Assembly (NCBI GenBank): GCA_016198275.1
Contig: JACQIX010000038.1
Coordinates: 2,340 to 66,339 of the forward strand
DNA from: Candidatus Daviesbacteria bacterium
GTDB lineage: Bacteria > Patescibacteriota > Microgenomatia > Daviesbacterales > UBA10151
Length of the DNA: 64,000 nt
Direction: 5' to 3'
The position numbers and the translations under genes are program-made. Shown in pieces: positions 1 through 8,601 of this stretch (its first letter is position 1; every line of letters begins with the position of its first letter). The notes below the pieces were generated by a model, which did not search any database, was not told where the DNA came from, and worked only from the letters and a program-made list of their open reading frames with translations.

Positions 1-2520
1 TTCTTTGGTGGCAGCTTCCTCCAGATCTTTTGGCTCAATGGCTTTTTTACCCTCACGCGCAGCCAAAATAGCTGCCTCATTTAACATATTGGCCAAATCT
101 GCCCCGGAAAAACCAACAGTACGTCTTGCCAGTTTTTCCACACTAACATCCTCTGTAAAAGGTTTTCCTTTCATATGAAGCTGGATAATGGCTTTCCTTT
201 CCTCAAGGTCCGGTAAAGTTAACACCACTCTCCTGTCAAACCTGCCCGGTCTGATTAAAGCTGCATCCAAAAGGTCAGGCCTGTTGGATGCCCCGATCAC
301 GATTACCCTTTCATTAGGAGTAAATCCGTCCATTTCCACCAAAATTTGATTTAAGGTCTGCTCCCTTTCATCATGCCCCCCTGAAATTCCCATCCCCCGC
401 TGACGCCCAATGGATTCAATCTCATCAATAAAAATAATGGAGGGTGAATTCTTTTTAGCCTGTAAAAACATGTCTCTCACTCTCGAAGCACCCACACCTA
501 CGAGCATTTCCATAAACTCGCTGCCGGCAATTGAATAAAATGGTACTCCGGCTTCGCCTGCTATGGCCCGGGAAATTAAGGTATTATGATTTATAAATCC
601 ATTACCTAAAAAGCTGTGAGTTTGGGGGACTGTAAAATCATAAACCCTAGCCTGACTTTGCGTTTTCTCAACTACCCTGGAGAAGAATAGCTTAACTTCT
701 AGCAAATTACGTAAATATTCTAAATGCGGAATTTCAGATTGAAGAGAGTTAGCATATTCCACATAATCGTTTAGTGTTTCCCTCGAAATCCTCCCTCTTC
801 TACGAACTTTATCAATAGTTTTAGATAAATTCTCGTTACTTAATTTTTTAACAGAAACTTCTCTCCAAGATTCTTCCACTATCTTAGCTATTGAAGGAAT
901 CACATCAATATTGGTATTGACTCTCCCCATTTTTTGAACATGCGAATGAAGCAATTGCTGCTTTCTAGATAAACGAAAACCCACACTACTACTGAAGCTG
1001 ATCAGCGACGAACCAGTAATGTTTATTCTGTAAACTGAACGATAATAGCCATTTTCTTTTCTGCCTTTAACATTTAAACTGGCGACGATTCCCAAGTTCA
1101 AAAGCATCATGTGTACCTGTCTGGCCATACGCTCGCTTACTGTGCAGTATTCAAATGCTGCCCTTTTTCTTTCTATAGAACCATCTGTATCAAAAAGTCC
1201 CTGCAGAAAAGCAACTTGGATAATTTCAGAAGCCTGTAGAATTGTTGGTGGTATAACTTTATCATATGATAATAAGTAAGACATACCTAGTTGATACAAT
1301 TGCCTTTTAAAATCCCAATTTGAAATAGTAAACGATTGACCATTAGTACTGGTAGAAATTGCACCTTTTGGGTAATGAGTTTTAAGATAGTTCTTATAAA
1401 ATTCGGTGATTTCTGGTTCGATACTTGTTAGTCCTACTCTTGATGCATGACTTAGATTACCGTCACCTGTTAAAAGACCCAAAAGATATGCTGTATCTTG
1501 ATCTACCAAATCAAGGTTTCCAAAAATTCTTCTTCCAAATTGAATTGCTACATTGTCACCTTCTTGTAAGTATTGAATATTTCTAAAACGTAGCTTACCA
1601 TCGTTATCCATTACTACAACTGGATGCTCAGGAGTTCCCTCAAGAGTAAATCCTTGAGCCAATCTTATCTTAATAGTTTTTTGTTCCCCCAAATTGAACC
1701 AATGAGAAGCAAAGTTTTCGCTGGAAATTACATCATCTGTATTAAAACCTGGAAGTCTTGCTCCGTAGACTTGATGGGATCTTGGATCAACATAAAAATA
1801 ACGCGGAATTTCTCTTATTTCCATTAACCCTTTATTTGTCCAGATAATAGTATCCCCTGTAACACATTTACCTGTTCCGGGCGGTCCTAGCAGAAGTACC
1901 CCTTTAGGCACTCTGGCTCCCAAAGCCCTGAATTTTTCCGGAGTTTTTAAAAACTCAACTATCTCTGACAACTCTCTTTTAGCTTCCTCTGCCCCGGCCA
2001 CATCGGAAAATTTAATTTGGGGAGAATCTTTGGTGAAAAGCCTGGCTCGTGATTGGGCAAAAGAAAAAATTCCCTGAGCGCCTTCGCGGGCATTTCTAAA
2101 AAGAAAAAACATCAAACCTACCAAAACCAGTATTGGTAAAACCGCCGAGATCACCCCCACCCAAGCTTGTTGGATTGACAAATCCTTTACTTCAATGGTG
2201 ACTCCTTTTGGATCAACTCCTGAACTTTCCAAAATTTTATAAATTGATTCCCCTGCTTCCTTGCGGGAAATCAGTTTTTGATCAGAACCTTTAATCTCTG
2301 CTGTGACTTTATCGCCTTCAAGAGAAATCTTTTGCACTTTTTCATCTTTGATTTGGTTAATAATTTGGGAGATTGGCACTTCTCCGCCTGGCGCAGGACT
2401 GCCTGAAACCTGGTAGAAAAAAATCAGTGCCGCCAAAGCTATTAAAAGATAAATCAGGGCTCCTTTAACAGTGGCCCAAACCTTTTTATTTAAATTAATC
2501 CGTCTTTTGCCGTTGGCCAT
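1..2520 (-). CDS. ftsH: ATP-dependent zinc metalloprotease FtsH (N-terminal TM and AAA module; C-terminus lies beyond the window start), interrupted by an intein
   Basis: The minus-strand frame is open from ATG at 2520 to the window edge, so it has no stop in the window and is absent from the ORF track. It has two TM segments and Walker A GPPGTGK. After removing 583..1866 it continues [23 protein letters not shown], then Walker B IIFIDEIDS and [18 protein letters not shown]. Confidence 0.9.
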   Translation of the reverse strand, partial: MANGKRRINLNKKVWATVKGALIYLLIALAALIFFYQVSGSPAPGGEVPISQIINQIKDEKVQKISLEGDKVTAEIKGSDQKLISRKEAGESIYKILESSGVDPKGVTIEVKDLSIQQAWVGVISAVLPILVLVGLMFFLFRNAREGAQGIFSFAQSRARLFTKDSPQIKFSDVAGAEEAKRELSEIVEFLKTPEKFRALGARVPKGVLLLGPPGTGKCVTGDTIIWTNKGLMEIREIPRYFYVDPRSHQVYGARLPGFNTDDVISSENFASHWFNLGEQKTIKIRLAQGFTLEGTPEHPVVVMDNDGKLRFRNIQYLQEGDNVAIQFGRRIFGNLDLVDQDTAYLLGLLTGDGNLSHASRVGLTSIEPEITEFYKNYLKTHYPKGAISTSTNGQSFTISNWDFKRQLYQLGMSYLLSYDKVIPPTILQASEIIQVAFLQGLFDTDGSIERKRAAFEYCTVSERMARQVHMMLLNLGIVASLNVKGRKENGYYRSVYRINITGSSLISFSSSVGFRLSRKQQLLHSHVQKMGRVNTNIDVIPSIAKIVEESWREVSVKKLSNENLSKTIDKVRRRGRISRETLNDYVEYANSLQSEIPHLEYLRNLLEVKLFFSRVVEKTQSQARVYDFTVPQTHSFLGNGFINHNTLISRAIAGEAGVPFYSIAGSEFMEMLVGVGASRVRDMFLQAKKNSPSIIFIDEIESIGRQRGMGISGGHDEREQTLNQILVEMDGFTPNERVIVIGASNRPDLLDAALIRPGRFDRRVVLTLPDLEERKAIIQLHMKGKPFTEDVSVEKLARRTVGFSGADLANMLNEAAILAAREGKKAIEPKDLEEAATKE
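583..1866 (-). mobile_element. Intein (428 codons) with a LAGLIDADG homing-endonuclease domain, inserted between K and T of the FtsH Walker A GKT
   Basis: It starts with Cys (CVTGDTIIW, block A) and has block B GTPEHPV. It carries two LAGLIDADG motifs ([11 protein letters not shown] and [11 protein letters not shown]) and ends [21 protein letters not shown], followed by Thr +1. The length is 1284 nt, so it is in frame, and excision restores GPPGTGKT. Confidence 0.85.
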
Positions 2521-2539
2521 GTGGGGATTTTACCATAAT

Positions 2540-3535
2540 TTATAAGAGATAATCTATTTTCATAACCTTTTTAACTTCTGCTAAAGTTTTTTGGGCTTCT
2601 GCTTTTGCTTTTTCAGTCCCCTCATTAAGAATCTTCTTCACCAAATTTGGCTGTTTTTCATATTCAACTCTTTTTTTTCTGATTGGATCTAAGAAATTAT
2701 TTAAAACTTTGACCAGGTACTTTTTTACCTCAATATCTCCTATTTGGCCATTTCTGTATTCTTCTTTAAACTTTGCTATTTGGGCTTTATCCTCTTCTGT
2801 ACCAAAAACATCTAAGTAGATAAATACCGGATTGCCTTCCACTTCTCCTGGATCAGTGGCATGAATTCTCTTTGGGTCCGTATACATACCCATCACCTTT
2901 TTTTCTACTTCCAAAGCAGAATCACTCAGAAAAATTGCATTCCCCAAAGATTTACCCATCTTGGATTGCCCATTTGTGCCTGGCAAAGTTGGTACCTCAC
3001 CTATTAAAGGTTCAGGTATGGGAAAAACCTGCCCATAAAGGTTATTAAACTTAATAGCAATATCCCTGGCAAATTCCACATGAGCTTTTTGATCTTTTCC
3101 CACCGGTACAAGATTGGCTTTTGGCAACAAAATATCAGCTGCCATAAGAATTGGGTATTGGAACAGAGCAAAGGTGTCTTGTTCCCCTGAATCAAGCTTT
3201 TCTTTTAGAGCTGGCTGGCGCTCCAGCACCGCTCTGGAAGTGAGAGTACCCAGAAAATATGCTAATTCCAAAACTTCCGGAACTTTAGATTGTAAAACAA
3301 AGGTCACCTTCTTATGATCAAGTCCAACTGATAAATACCCGAGCATCAGACCCCTGATATTTTTTTGTAAATCAGCTGTTTTATCAAAATGAGTAGTTAA
3401 AGCATGTAAGTCTGCAATTAAAATATAAGTGTCATACTCATATTGCAGTTTAACCCTATTTTTAAGTGATCCAATATAGTTTCCCAGATGGAAACTATCT
3501 AAAGTAGGCCTGTCACCTGTCAGAATCCGTTTCAT
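2540..3535 (-). CDS. trpS: Tryptophanyl-tRNA synthetase
   Basis: MKRILTGDRPT..FHLGNYIGS is a HIGH-type motif. GKDQKAHVEF and KMGKS (KMSKS motif) are also present. Homology begins at Met50 of the tracked ORF 2540..3682, so the shorter start at 3535 is preferred. Confidence 0.85.
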   Translation of the reverse strand: MKRILTGDRPTLDSFHLGNYIGSLKNRVKLQYEYDTYILIADLHALTTHFDKTADLQKNIRGLMLGYLSVGLDHKKVTFVLQSKVPEVLELAYFLGTLTSRAVLERQPALKEKLDSGEQDTFALFQYPILMAADILLPKANLVPVGKDQKAHVEFARDIAIKFNNLYGQVFPIPEPLIGEVPTLPGTNGQSKMGKSLGNAIFLSDSALEVEKKVMGMYTDPKRIHATDPGEVEGNPVFIYLDVFGTEEDKAQIAKFKEEYRNGQIGDIEVKKYLVKVLNNFLDPIRKKRVEYEKQPNLVKKILNEGTEKAKAEAQKTLAEVKKVMKIDYLL

Positions 3536-3566
3536 AACTGCTAAATCATATAATATTTTTCTAATA
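3515..3566. repeat. Direct repeat copy A (52 nt) covering the trpS 5' leader and its first 7 codons
   Basis: acctgtcagaatccgtttcataactgctaaatca plus aatatttttctaata is repeated at 3975..4026, with 49 of 52 positions identical. Confidence 0.9.
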
Positions 3567-3742
3567 AGTGGTAGTTCTTCTGAAATAAATATCCTAAATA
3601 TGGAAATTTGTGGCAGTTTGGAAAAATGCTTCTCAACTTTTCTTTTTCTTTTCCACTTCCCCAAAGAAGGCAAAGAAGGCAAAGAAGGCTAATACCATCA
3701 GTATTCCTATCATAAGTCCTACAAAACGATCATTTAAATCAA

Positions 3743-3967
3743 TCACTGTTCCCCCTTTTTGATGAGTATAACACCTAATCCTATCGCAAACAATCCGCTT
3801 AGTACCAGTAAAGCAAATCGGCCAATCTGGATTGGCTCTCTCATTTGAAATGTCTCTGGTAGAAAAAATGCTGCAGAAGCCCCAAGTAAAATCCCTTCGC
3901 CAAAAGTTCTGACAGAGGATGATAAAAATAACCACTGGTCTCTTGATAGTTTTGGTTTAACTATCAT
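3743..3967 (-). CDS. Small two-TM membrane protein (74 aa), hypothetical
   Basis: The ORF lies between the two 52-nt repeat copies and encodes two hydrophobic segments. Its ATG is 7 nt downstream of the mini-ORF MKRILTG-stop carried by repeat copy B. The competing overlapping ORF 3633..3935 makes the frame choice uncertain. Confidence 0.4.
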   Translation of the reverse strand: MIVKPKLSRDQWLFLSSSVRTFGEGILLGASAAFFLPETFQMREPIQIGRFALLVLSGLFAIGLGVILIKKGEQ

Positions 3968-3974
3968 AATGTTA

Positions 3975-4026
3975 ACCTGTCAGAATCCGTTTCATAACTG
4001 CTAAATCAGCCAATATTTTTCTAATA
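3975..4026. repeat. Direct repeat copy B of the trpS 5' region
   Basis: It matches 3515..3566. On the minus strand it reads ATG AAA CGG ATT CTG ACA GGT TAA, which is the trpS start truncated after 7 codons. Confidence 0.9.
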
Positions 4027-4053
4027 TACACCTTGTCAATAGGAAAATGTGCT

Positions 4054-4275
4054 TTATGGTAAAGAGAATTTAAACCTGCCTAACTTTCCTCCATCTACAA
4101 CTCCCCCGTTCAACAAAGCTCCCTTCATTGCAATTACTCCAATAGTTCTACTTCTTCCCGGACTGATTATAACTCTGCCATCCGGGCACACAGCCTGAAC
4201 TCTAAAGTCTACCGGTTTTCTACTTCTCTCTGTTTCTCCTTGTATAACATCTCCAGGCCTAATTTCTATTGTCAT
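4054..4275 (-). CDS. Hypothetical 73-aa protein
   Basis: The ORF is preceded by a strong SD (aaaggagagtg) about 8 nt upstream and lies directly downstream of the 436-aa gene. No motif was recognised. Confidence 0.55.
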   Translation of the reverse strand: MTIEIRPGDVIQGETERSRKPVDFRVQAVCPDGRVIISPGRSRTIGVIAMKGALLNGGVVDGGKLGRFKFSLP

Positions 4276-4325
4276 AATTTATCACTCTCCTTTCATTTTA
4301 TTTTTAAAAAATCTATCTAAATGAC

Positions 4326-5636
4326 TTAGGAAACTTTATACATAGCTCTAAGCTCTTCAGCGTATAGTAAAGACCTATTAATGAAAGCACGACCCGAGCA
4401 ATCCGGAGAGTTTACCGGAAACCTCTTTTTAGGGAATAAGATAGTAAAACCTTCTTCTGCTCTCCTATTTCCATATAACTCATGTGCTCTACCGTTATGG
4501 AGACCGGTTTGGGGATCCCTCGTGCCAACTTCCAATCTGGAATTTAGATAAGTTTCGCGGTCGTAAAATATTAATTCTAAAGGAACTTGAATATCTTCAA
4601 ACCAGGTCCTTCTCCGCGCACTAAAATTCATTTCAGCAGCCTGACCATGATCTTTACCAGTCTTATCATCTTTTTCCACCCCTACAACTCTTAACTTAGG
4701 GTCAGAATTTATAATTGAAGCTGTCTTATCTGCCAATTCTTCTGGTTTAGCACGGTCATCCATTAAGACAATGATCATCCCAATTGGGTCCAGAACACCA
4801 GTATCCATATGATTTATATCAACCACTCCACCATTTTTTTTAGCTTTGACTAAACATTTAATTACCGCCAATCTATCATCCTTTTTTCTAGGACTCGTAT
4901 ATACCATTAGTTCGTCTTTACCTACATCTATCACTTCACGTCGTATTTTACGAACGGTAGTTGGCACTGTTTTTAAATGAGCTGTAGCAGGAATTCGTTG
5001 CATTGTATTCGGGAATCCAATTACTTGATTGGTTTCATCATCATGAATAGATCCCAAGACAACTCTGCTTCCAGCCCCTACTGGACCTGAAAAATATACC
5101 TGGTTTAGTAGACGGTGAACATCAGATAATCTGGTACGGAGCCTATTATTTAACGTTCGGGAGGCAATCATTGCTGAAATATCCGTCACAAGTATATGTC
5201 TATGAGCCTCATAGGCTAAAACAGGATCAATTTGACCTTCCGGCATGGATGCTAATTCAAATAGATTACTTGGCCTATCTGAAAGTAAACTAATCTCATC
5301 TTTTAATTCCAAACCATCTAATGCTGGTAAAAGTGCGTGATAAAACTCAATAATTCCTATTGCGTGCTTTTGATTTTGCAAATAGAACTCACGAAGATCC
5401 ACATATTCTGGCAAAGAATAACGTATCCTACTAGATCCAAAAACATAATCATCAATAGCTTTAGGCGCATCCTCGGGTAAATTACCTCCAGCTCTCATTA
5501 TTTTACGAAAGCGCAAACTATCCCTGCCCCACCTATCCCTCATTAACAATGCCAACTGACGATTAGTCTCAGGCATCCGATCTTCAACTTCGGGCTGAAA
5601 CATATCTATTGTGACAGGTATTATTTTTTCTGACAT
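4326..5636 (-). CDS. Hypothetical 436-aa protein, possibly a RelA/SpoT-like nucleotidyltransferase fold (weak)
   Basis: This is a long ORF with an SD (aagga). Motifs occur in the order SPRKKDDRLAVIKCLVKAKK, VLDPIGMIIVLMDD, KDHGQAAEMNFS, PLELIFYDRETYLNS, GRAHELYGNRR. That order parallels the RxKxxxSxxxK / DxxGxRhh / GYxSxH / EhQhRT / HxxYK order of RSH synthetase domains. It looks richer in G+C codons than its neighbours. Confidence 0.6.
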   Translation of the reverse strand: MSEKIIPVTIDMFQPEVEDRMPETNRQLALLMRDRWGRDSLRFRKIMRAGGNLPEDAPKAIDDYVFGSSRIRYSLPEYVDLREFYLQNQKHAIGIIEFYHALLPALDGLELKDEISLLSDRPSNLFELASMPEGQIDPVLAYEAHRHILVTDISAMIASRTLNNRLRTRLSDVHRLLNQVYFSGPVGAGSRVVLGSIHDDETNQVIGFPNTMQRIPATAHLKTVPTTVRKIRREVIDVGKDELMVYTSPRKKDDRLAVIKCLVKAKKNGGVVDINHMDTGVLDPIGMIIVLMDDRAKPEELADKTASIINSDPKLRVVGVEKDDKTGKDHGQAAEMNFSARRRTWFEDIQVPLELIFYDRETYLNSRLEVGTRDPQTGLHNGRAHELYGNRRAEEGFTILFPKKRFPVNSPDCSGRAFINRSLLYAEELRAMYKVS

Positions 5637-5647
5637 ATTTTTCCTTT

Positions 5648-5674
5648 AAAAAACCGCCCTTTTTAAGGGGGCGG
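5648..5674 (-). terminator. Intrinsic terminator-like hairpin with T-run
   Basis: The minus strand reads ccgccccc-ttaaaaa-gggcgg followed by tttttt. It ends only about 12 nt upstream of the ATG at 5636. Confidence 0.55.
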
Positions 5675-5683
5675 CTGAAAGTC

Positions 5684-5782
5684 TTAATCCTGATTATCCT
5701 CCGGACTAAGCCCCACAGAGCCCCACACCCCAATAAATAGGGCATACATTTTCCAAAAATTAAAGAGTCCTTTTTTGATCAT
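5684..5782 (-). CDS. Possible 32-codon leader or small hydrophobic peptide (MIKKGLFNFWKMYALFIGVWGSVGLSPEDNQD)
   Basis: It is below the ORF-track size cutoff. It sits between a promoter-like TTGACA-17-TAAAAA and the terminator at 5648..5674. Confidence 0.3.
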   Translation of the reverse strand: MIKKGLFNFWKMYALFIGVWGSVGLSPEDNQD

Positions 5783-5825
5783 ATTTTTAAAACCAAAAAT
5801 CCCTTGAAAGGGATATCTACTCTAA

Positions 5826-5854
5826 TTTTTAATAAATTAAAGAATTTTTGTCAA
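5826..5854 (-). promoter_or_regulatory. Candidate sigma70-type promoter (TTGACA-17 nt-TAAAAA)
   Basis: The minus strand reads ttgaca aaaattctttaatttat taaaaa. It is followed by the hairpin atcccttt-c-aagggat in the presumed 5' UTR. Confidence 0.35.
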
Positions 5855-5889
5855 TAACGATTATACTATGGGTTGACGTAAAAATCAAG

Positions 5890-6315
5890 TTATGATTCCA
5901 CCTCTTCCAAAAATTGAACTGGAGTAACAATTTTAATTCCCTTAAACATTCCCAATTCTAACAAATCCTGATCTCCTGTGATAATAAAATCACATCTGCC
6001 CTCAACTGCTGCCTCTAACACTTTGTTATCATCTATATCCCTGACAATATTAAGTGACTTTTTTGGCTGCACTATCAGAAAAGATTCATTTATACTGGCT
6101 TCAATACCAAGTAAATCAGGGATTAGCTTGGGAAACTTTTTATTTATAACCTCTATCAACTCTATTAAAAGTACTGGCGAGATAACACCTTTGATTTTCT
6201 CTTGTATTGCAAGTAATAGTGCTGCCCTGGGAGCACCACCAAAACCAATTGCTGAAATCAAAATATTGGTATCAAGAACAACTCTAACATGGTTTTCGCC
6301 CGTGCCTGAATTCAT
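5890..6315 (-). CDS. PIN-domain toxin (VapC-like)
   Basis: VVLDTNILISA is the first acidic motif. DNKVLEAAVEG and ITGDQDLL are typical PIN signatures. It overlaps the upstream RHH gene. Confidence 0.85.
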   Translation of the reverse strand: MNSGTGENHVRVVLDTNILISAIGFGGAPRAALLLAIQEKIKGVISPVLLIELIEVINKKFPKLIPDLLGIEASINESFLIVQPKKSLNIVRDIDDNKVLEAAVEGRCDFIITGDQDLLELGMFKGIKIVTPVQFLEEVES

Positions 6316-6535
6316 AAACTATTTCATTAATTTGATCTTCGCTCTTAATTCCCATCTTTTTCATTACTCTCTCTCCCGCTTTGAAAATACGATCCCACGA
6401 ATCTTTCCTTTCCATATATATCCTTAATGCTTCTCTTATTAACTCTGAACGATTCCGATATTCTTTTTTTGCCCTCTCATCTACTTTTTTGACTAATTCT
6501 TTTGGTAAAGAAATATTAAATGTTTGTGTTTGCAT
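6284..6535 (-). CDS. Ribbon-helix-helix (CopG/RHH) antitoxin
   Basis: FNISLPKELVKKVDERAKKEYRNRSELIREALRIYM has the RHH pattern. It lies upstream of and overlaps the PIN gene. Confidence 0.8.
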   Translation of the reverse strand: MQTQTFNISLPKELVKKVDERAKKEYRNRSELIREALRIYMERKDSWDRIFKAGERVMKKMGIKSEDQINEIVYEFRHGRKPC

Positions 6536-6566
6536 ACAAATATTGTATAGATTTTGTATATATCTG

Positions 6567-7310
6567 TCAAGGCTTTAGCTTCCTGGGCCTAACCCCATCA
6601 TATTCAATTTCTTCACCAGGTATTCTTCTAAATGGCTTTTCGCGGATATATTCTTCAAAAATGTGAGCTACCAATCCCACTACCCTGCCGATAATAAAAA
6701 ATCCTTTGCCCAATCTATAGTTAAACCCCATTTCAGAAATTACTGCTGCTATTGCCCCGTCCACATTTATGGGGATTTTTTTACCTTTTTTTTCTTCCAA
6801 AACTTTTTCCACCTCAACTGCTAATTTACAATATTCTCCCCAAAAACCTAAACTTTTTGCTTTGGCAAAAATTTGAGTAGCTCTGGGATCTTCTGTATAA
6901 ACTTTATGACCATAGCCCGGGACCCTATCACCTGATCCAATCACCTTTTCCACCAGTTTCTCTGCTGTCGAACCCATCTGTAGTAATCTAGCGCACTCCT
7001 CTATTGCCCCTCCATGAAATTCCCCTATCCCTAAAACTCCGGCAGCTACTGCTGCCTGCATCGGATTTCCGGCAGAGGCGCAGTTTCTGGCATTCGTTAC
7101 AGAAGGTGGCCCCAGACCATTGTCTATAGTGGAGATCAATATTGCATCCAGCATGGCTTTTTCTTTATCTGTAGGAAGTTCTCCTTTTAACTCTAACCAG
7201 ATTGCATCAGTAAAATTTACTTTGTCTATTAAATCAGTCACTTCGTACCCATGAATATGGGCTTCCCCGTCAATAATCCCAGCAATAGACGTTTTCCATT
7301 TTTTATCCAT
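6567..7310 (-). CDS. Citrate-synthase-like / citryl-CoA lyase domain protein (C-terminal part of ATP-citrate lyase alpha)
   Basis: The motifs are GLGPPSVTNARNCASAG, FHGGAIE and VPGYGHKVYTEDPRA. It is the last gene of the ACL-like cluster. Confidence 0.7.
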   Translation of the reverse strand: MDKKWKTSIAGIIDGEAHIHGYEVTDLIDKVNFTDAIWLELKGELPTDKEKAMLDAILISTIDNGLGPPSVTNARNCASAGNPMQAAVAAGVLGIGEFHGGAIEECARLLQMGSTAEKLVEKVIGSGDRVPGYGHKVYTEDPRATQIFAKAKSLGFWGEYCKLAVEVEKVLEEKKGKKIPINVDGAIAAVISEMGFNYRLGKGFFIIGRVVGLVAHIFEEYIREKPFRRIPGEEIEYDGVRPRKLKP

Positions 7311-7357
7311 ATTGTTTACTTTAACATGCTATATTAAAACAAGTTATGCTTATCTTA

Positions 7358-8242
7358 TCATTTTAACAGATCTGGTATTTCATCCGGCGTCTTGGCAATT
7401 TTAACCCCAGCTGATTTTAGGCTTTCAATCTTGGACTTGTAACTTCCTTTTTTCCCATAAATTATGGCGCCTGCATGGCCTAATTTAGTGCCTTGCGGTA
7501 AGTTTTGGGCAAATAACCCTGAAATAAAGGCGACAACTTTCTTGCTGAATTTACCGTGTTTAATCATGTCTGCTGCCTCTTCTTCATAGGTTCCGCCAAT
7601 CTCTCCAAATAAAACAACTGCTTTTGTTTGTTCATCTTTTTCAAAATCGACCATGAGATCTGCAAAAGTTGAACCCACCAATACATCCCCGCCAATCCCC
7701 ACAACTGTTGATTGCCCCATTCCATTTTTAGTGAGGATCCATGATACCTCGGATGCCATCCCTCCTGATTTGGAAATTACCCCAATATTGCCCTTGTTAA
7801 AAACCCCTCTTGGGTCATCCCCTCCTATTGATCCTACTTTCCCTACTGTGGGAGAAATAATTCCAATAGATGATGGGCCAACAATCCTTACACCAGCTTT
7901 CCGGGCCAAAGCTATTGCTTTGGCAGTATCAGCAATTGGTATATGTTCAGTTAATACATTAATCAAGGGTATTTTGGCCTGTATAGCCTCTTCCATAGCA
8001 CCAAATGCTGCAAAGTTAGGCACAGCTATAAAAGAGGTGTTAATACCCGGGTGATTATCCAAAGCCTCGTTAATGGAGTTATAAACCGGAACTGCATGGA
8101 CTTCCTGCCCTCCTTTTTTGGGAGTGACGCCAGCCAGTACCTTGGTGCCATAGTTTTGCATCTGCAAGGTCACTTTAGACCCTTCTTTACCGGTTATTCC
8201 TTGTACTAGTACTTTTGTTTTTTCATTCACAAGTATTGCCAT
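7358..8242 (-). CDS. CoA-ligase alpha subunit (SucD / AclA N-terminal-like)
   Basis: MAILVNEKTKVLVQGITGKEG is a CoA-binding Rossmann motif. GHAGAII carries the phosphohistidine. The 8 codons upstream in the tracked ORF (to 8266) are encoded by the GIY-YIG flanking repeat, so the start at 8242 is preferred. Confidence 0.8.
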   Translation of the reverse strand: MAILVNEKTKVLVQGITGKEGSKVTLQMQNYGTKVLAGVTPKKGGQEVHAVPVYNSINEALDNHPGINTSFIAVPNFAAFGAMEEAIQAKIPLINVLTEHIPIADTAKAIALARKAGVRIVGPSSIGIISPTVGKVGSIGGDDPRGVFNKGNIGVISKSGGMASEVSWILTKNGMGQSTVVGIGGDVLVGSTFADLMVDFEKDEQTKAVVLFGEIGGTYEEEAADMIKHGKFSKKVVAFISGLFAQNLPQGTKLGHAGAIIYGKKGSYKSKIESLKSAGVKIAKTPDEIPDLLK

Positions 8243-8250
8243 TGTTTCCT

Positions 8251-8286
8251 TTGTCATCCCGACCAAGCGAAGCGCGTGGAGGGACC
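8251..8286. repeat. Left inverted repeat flanking the GIY-YIG cassette
   Basis: ttgtcatcccgaccaagcgaagcgcgtggagggacc. The reverse complement of 8602..8649 begins ttgtcatcccgagcgaag and ends gagggatc. Confidence 0.7.
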
Positions 8287-8291
8287 TATAA

Positions 8292-8585
8292 TCACCAGAT
8301 TAAAGTCTCAAATCTAACTTCTTCAAATCTTGGATTAAATTTGGTGATTAATAATATCTTTTTCTTTCTATTCCAGTTTTTTAGTTGTTTTTCTCTCGCT
8401 ATAGCAGTTTCTGGATCATTAAAAACCTCATAATAAATTAATCTATCTATATTGTATTTCTCAGTATATCCTTTAACCAATTTATTTTTGTGCTCCCATA
8501 ATCTTCTCACCAGATCATTTGTTATTCCTATATAAAAGTTTCCTGATTTATTCCTTAGAATATAAATGTAATATTGTTTACTCAT
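8292..8585 (-). CDS. GIY-YIG nuclease family protein (UPF0213-type)
   Basis: The N-terminus YYIYILRNKSGNFYIGITNDLVRRLWEH and the later REKQLK are GIY-YIG signatures. Confidence 0.85.
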   Translation of the reverse strand: MSKQYYIYILRNKSGNFYIGITNDLVRRLWEHKNKLVKGYTEKYNIDRLIYYEVFNDPETAIAREKQLKNWNRKKKILLITKFNPRFEEVRFETLIW

Positions 8586-8601
8586 TAACTTAGTTGAATG
8601 A

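Noticed and set aside
2540-3682. Long form of the trpS ORF (380 aa) and the overlapping ORF 3633..3935
   Set aside because: TrpRS homology starts at Met50 (MKRILTGDRPT). The upstream 49 codons are lysine-rich and low-complexity, and they cover the promoter and leader that is duplicated at 3975..4026.
5978-6427. Antisense shadow ORFs opposite well-supported genes (also 1624..1827, 3114..3317, 7653..8054, 11130..11333, 18586..18891, 22420..22677, 33319..33606, 36739..37104, 53682..54029, 57023..57307, 62694..63035, 63314..63517)
   Set aside because: Each lies entirely within a longer opposite-strand gene that has clear family motifs. Their sequences are low-complexity and lack start-site context.
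8242-8266. Longer N-termini for sucD-like (8266), sodN (22204), msrA (26575), GIY-YIG (55458), SGNH hydrolase (55466) and the metalloprotease (24729)
   Set aside because: The extensions are translated repeat, tRNA or neighbouring-gene sequence. They also precede the conserved N-terminal motifs, so internal Met starts fit the homolog N-termini.
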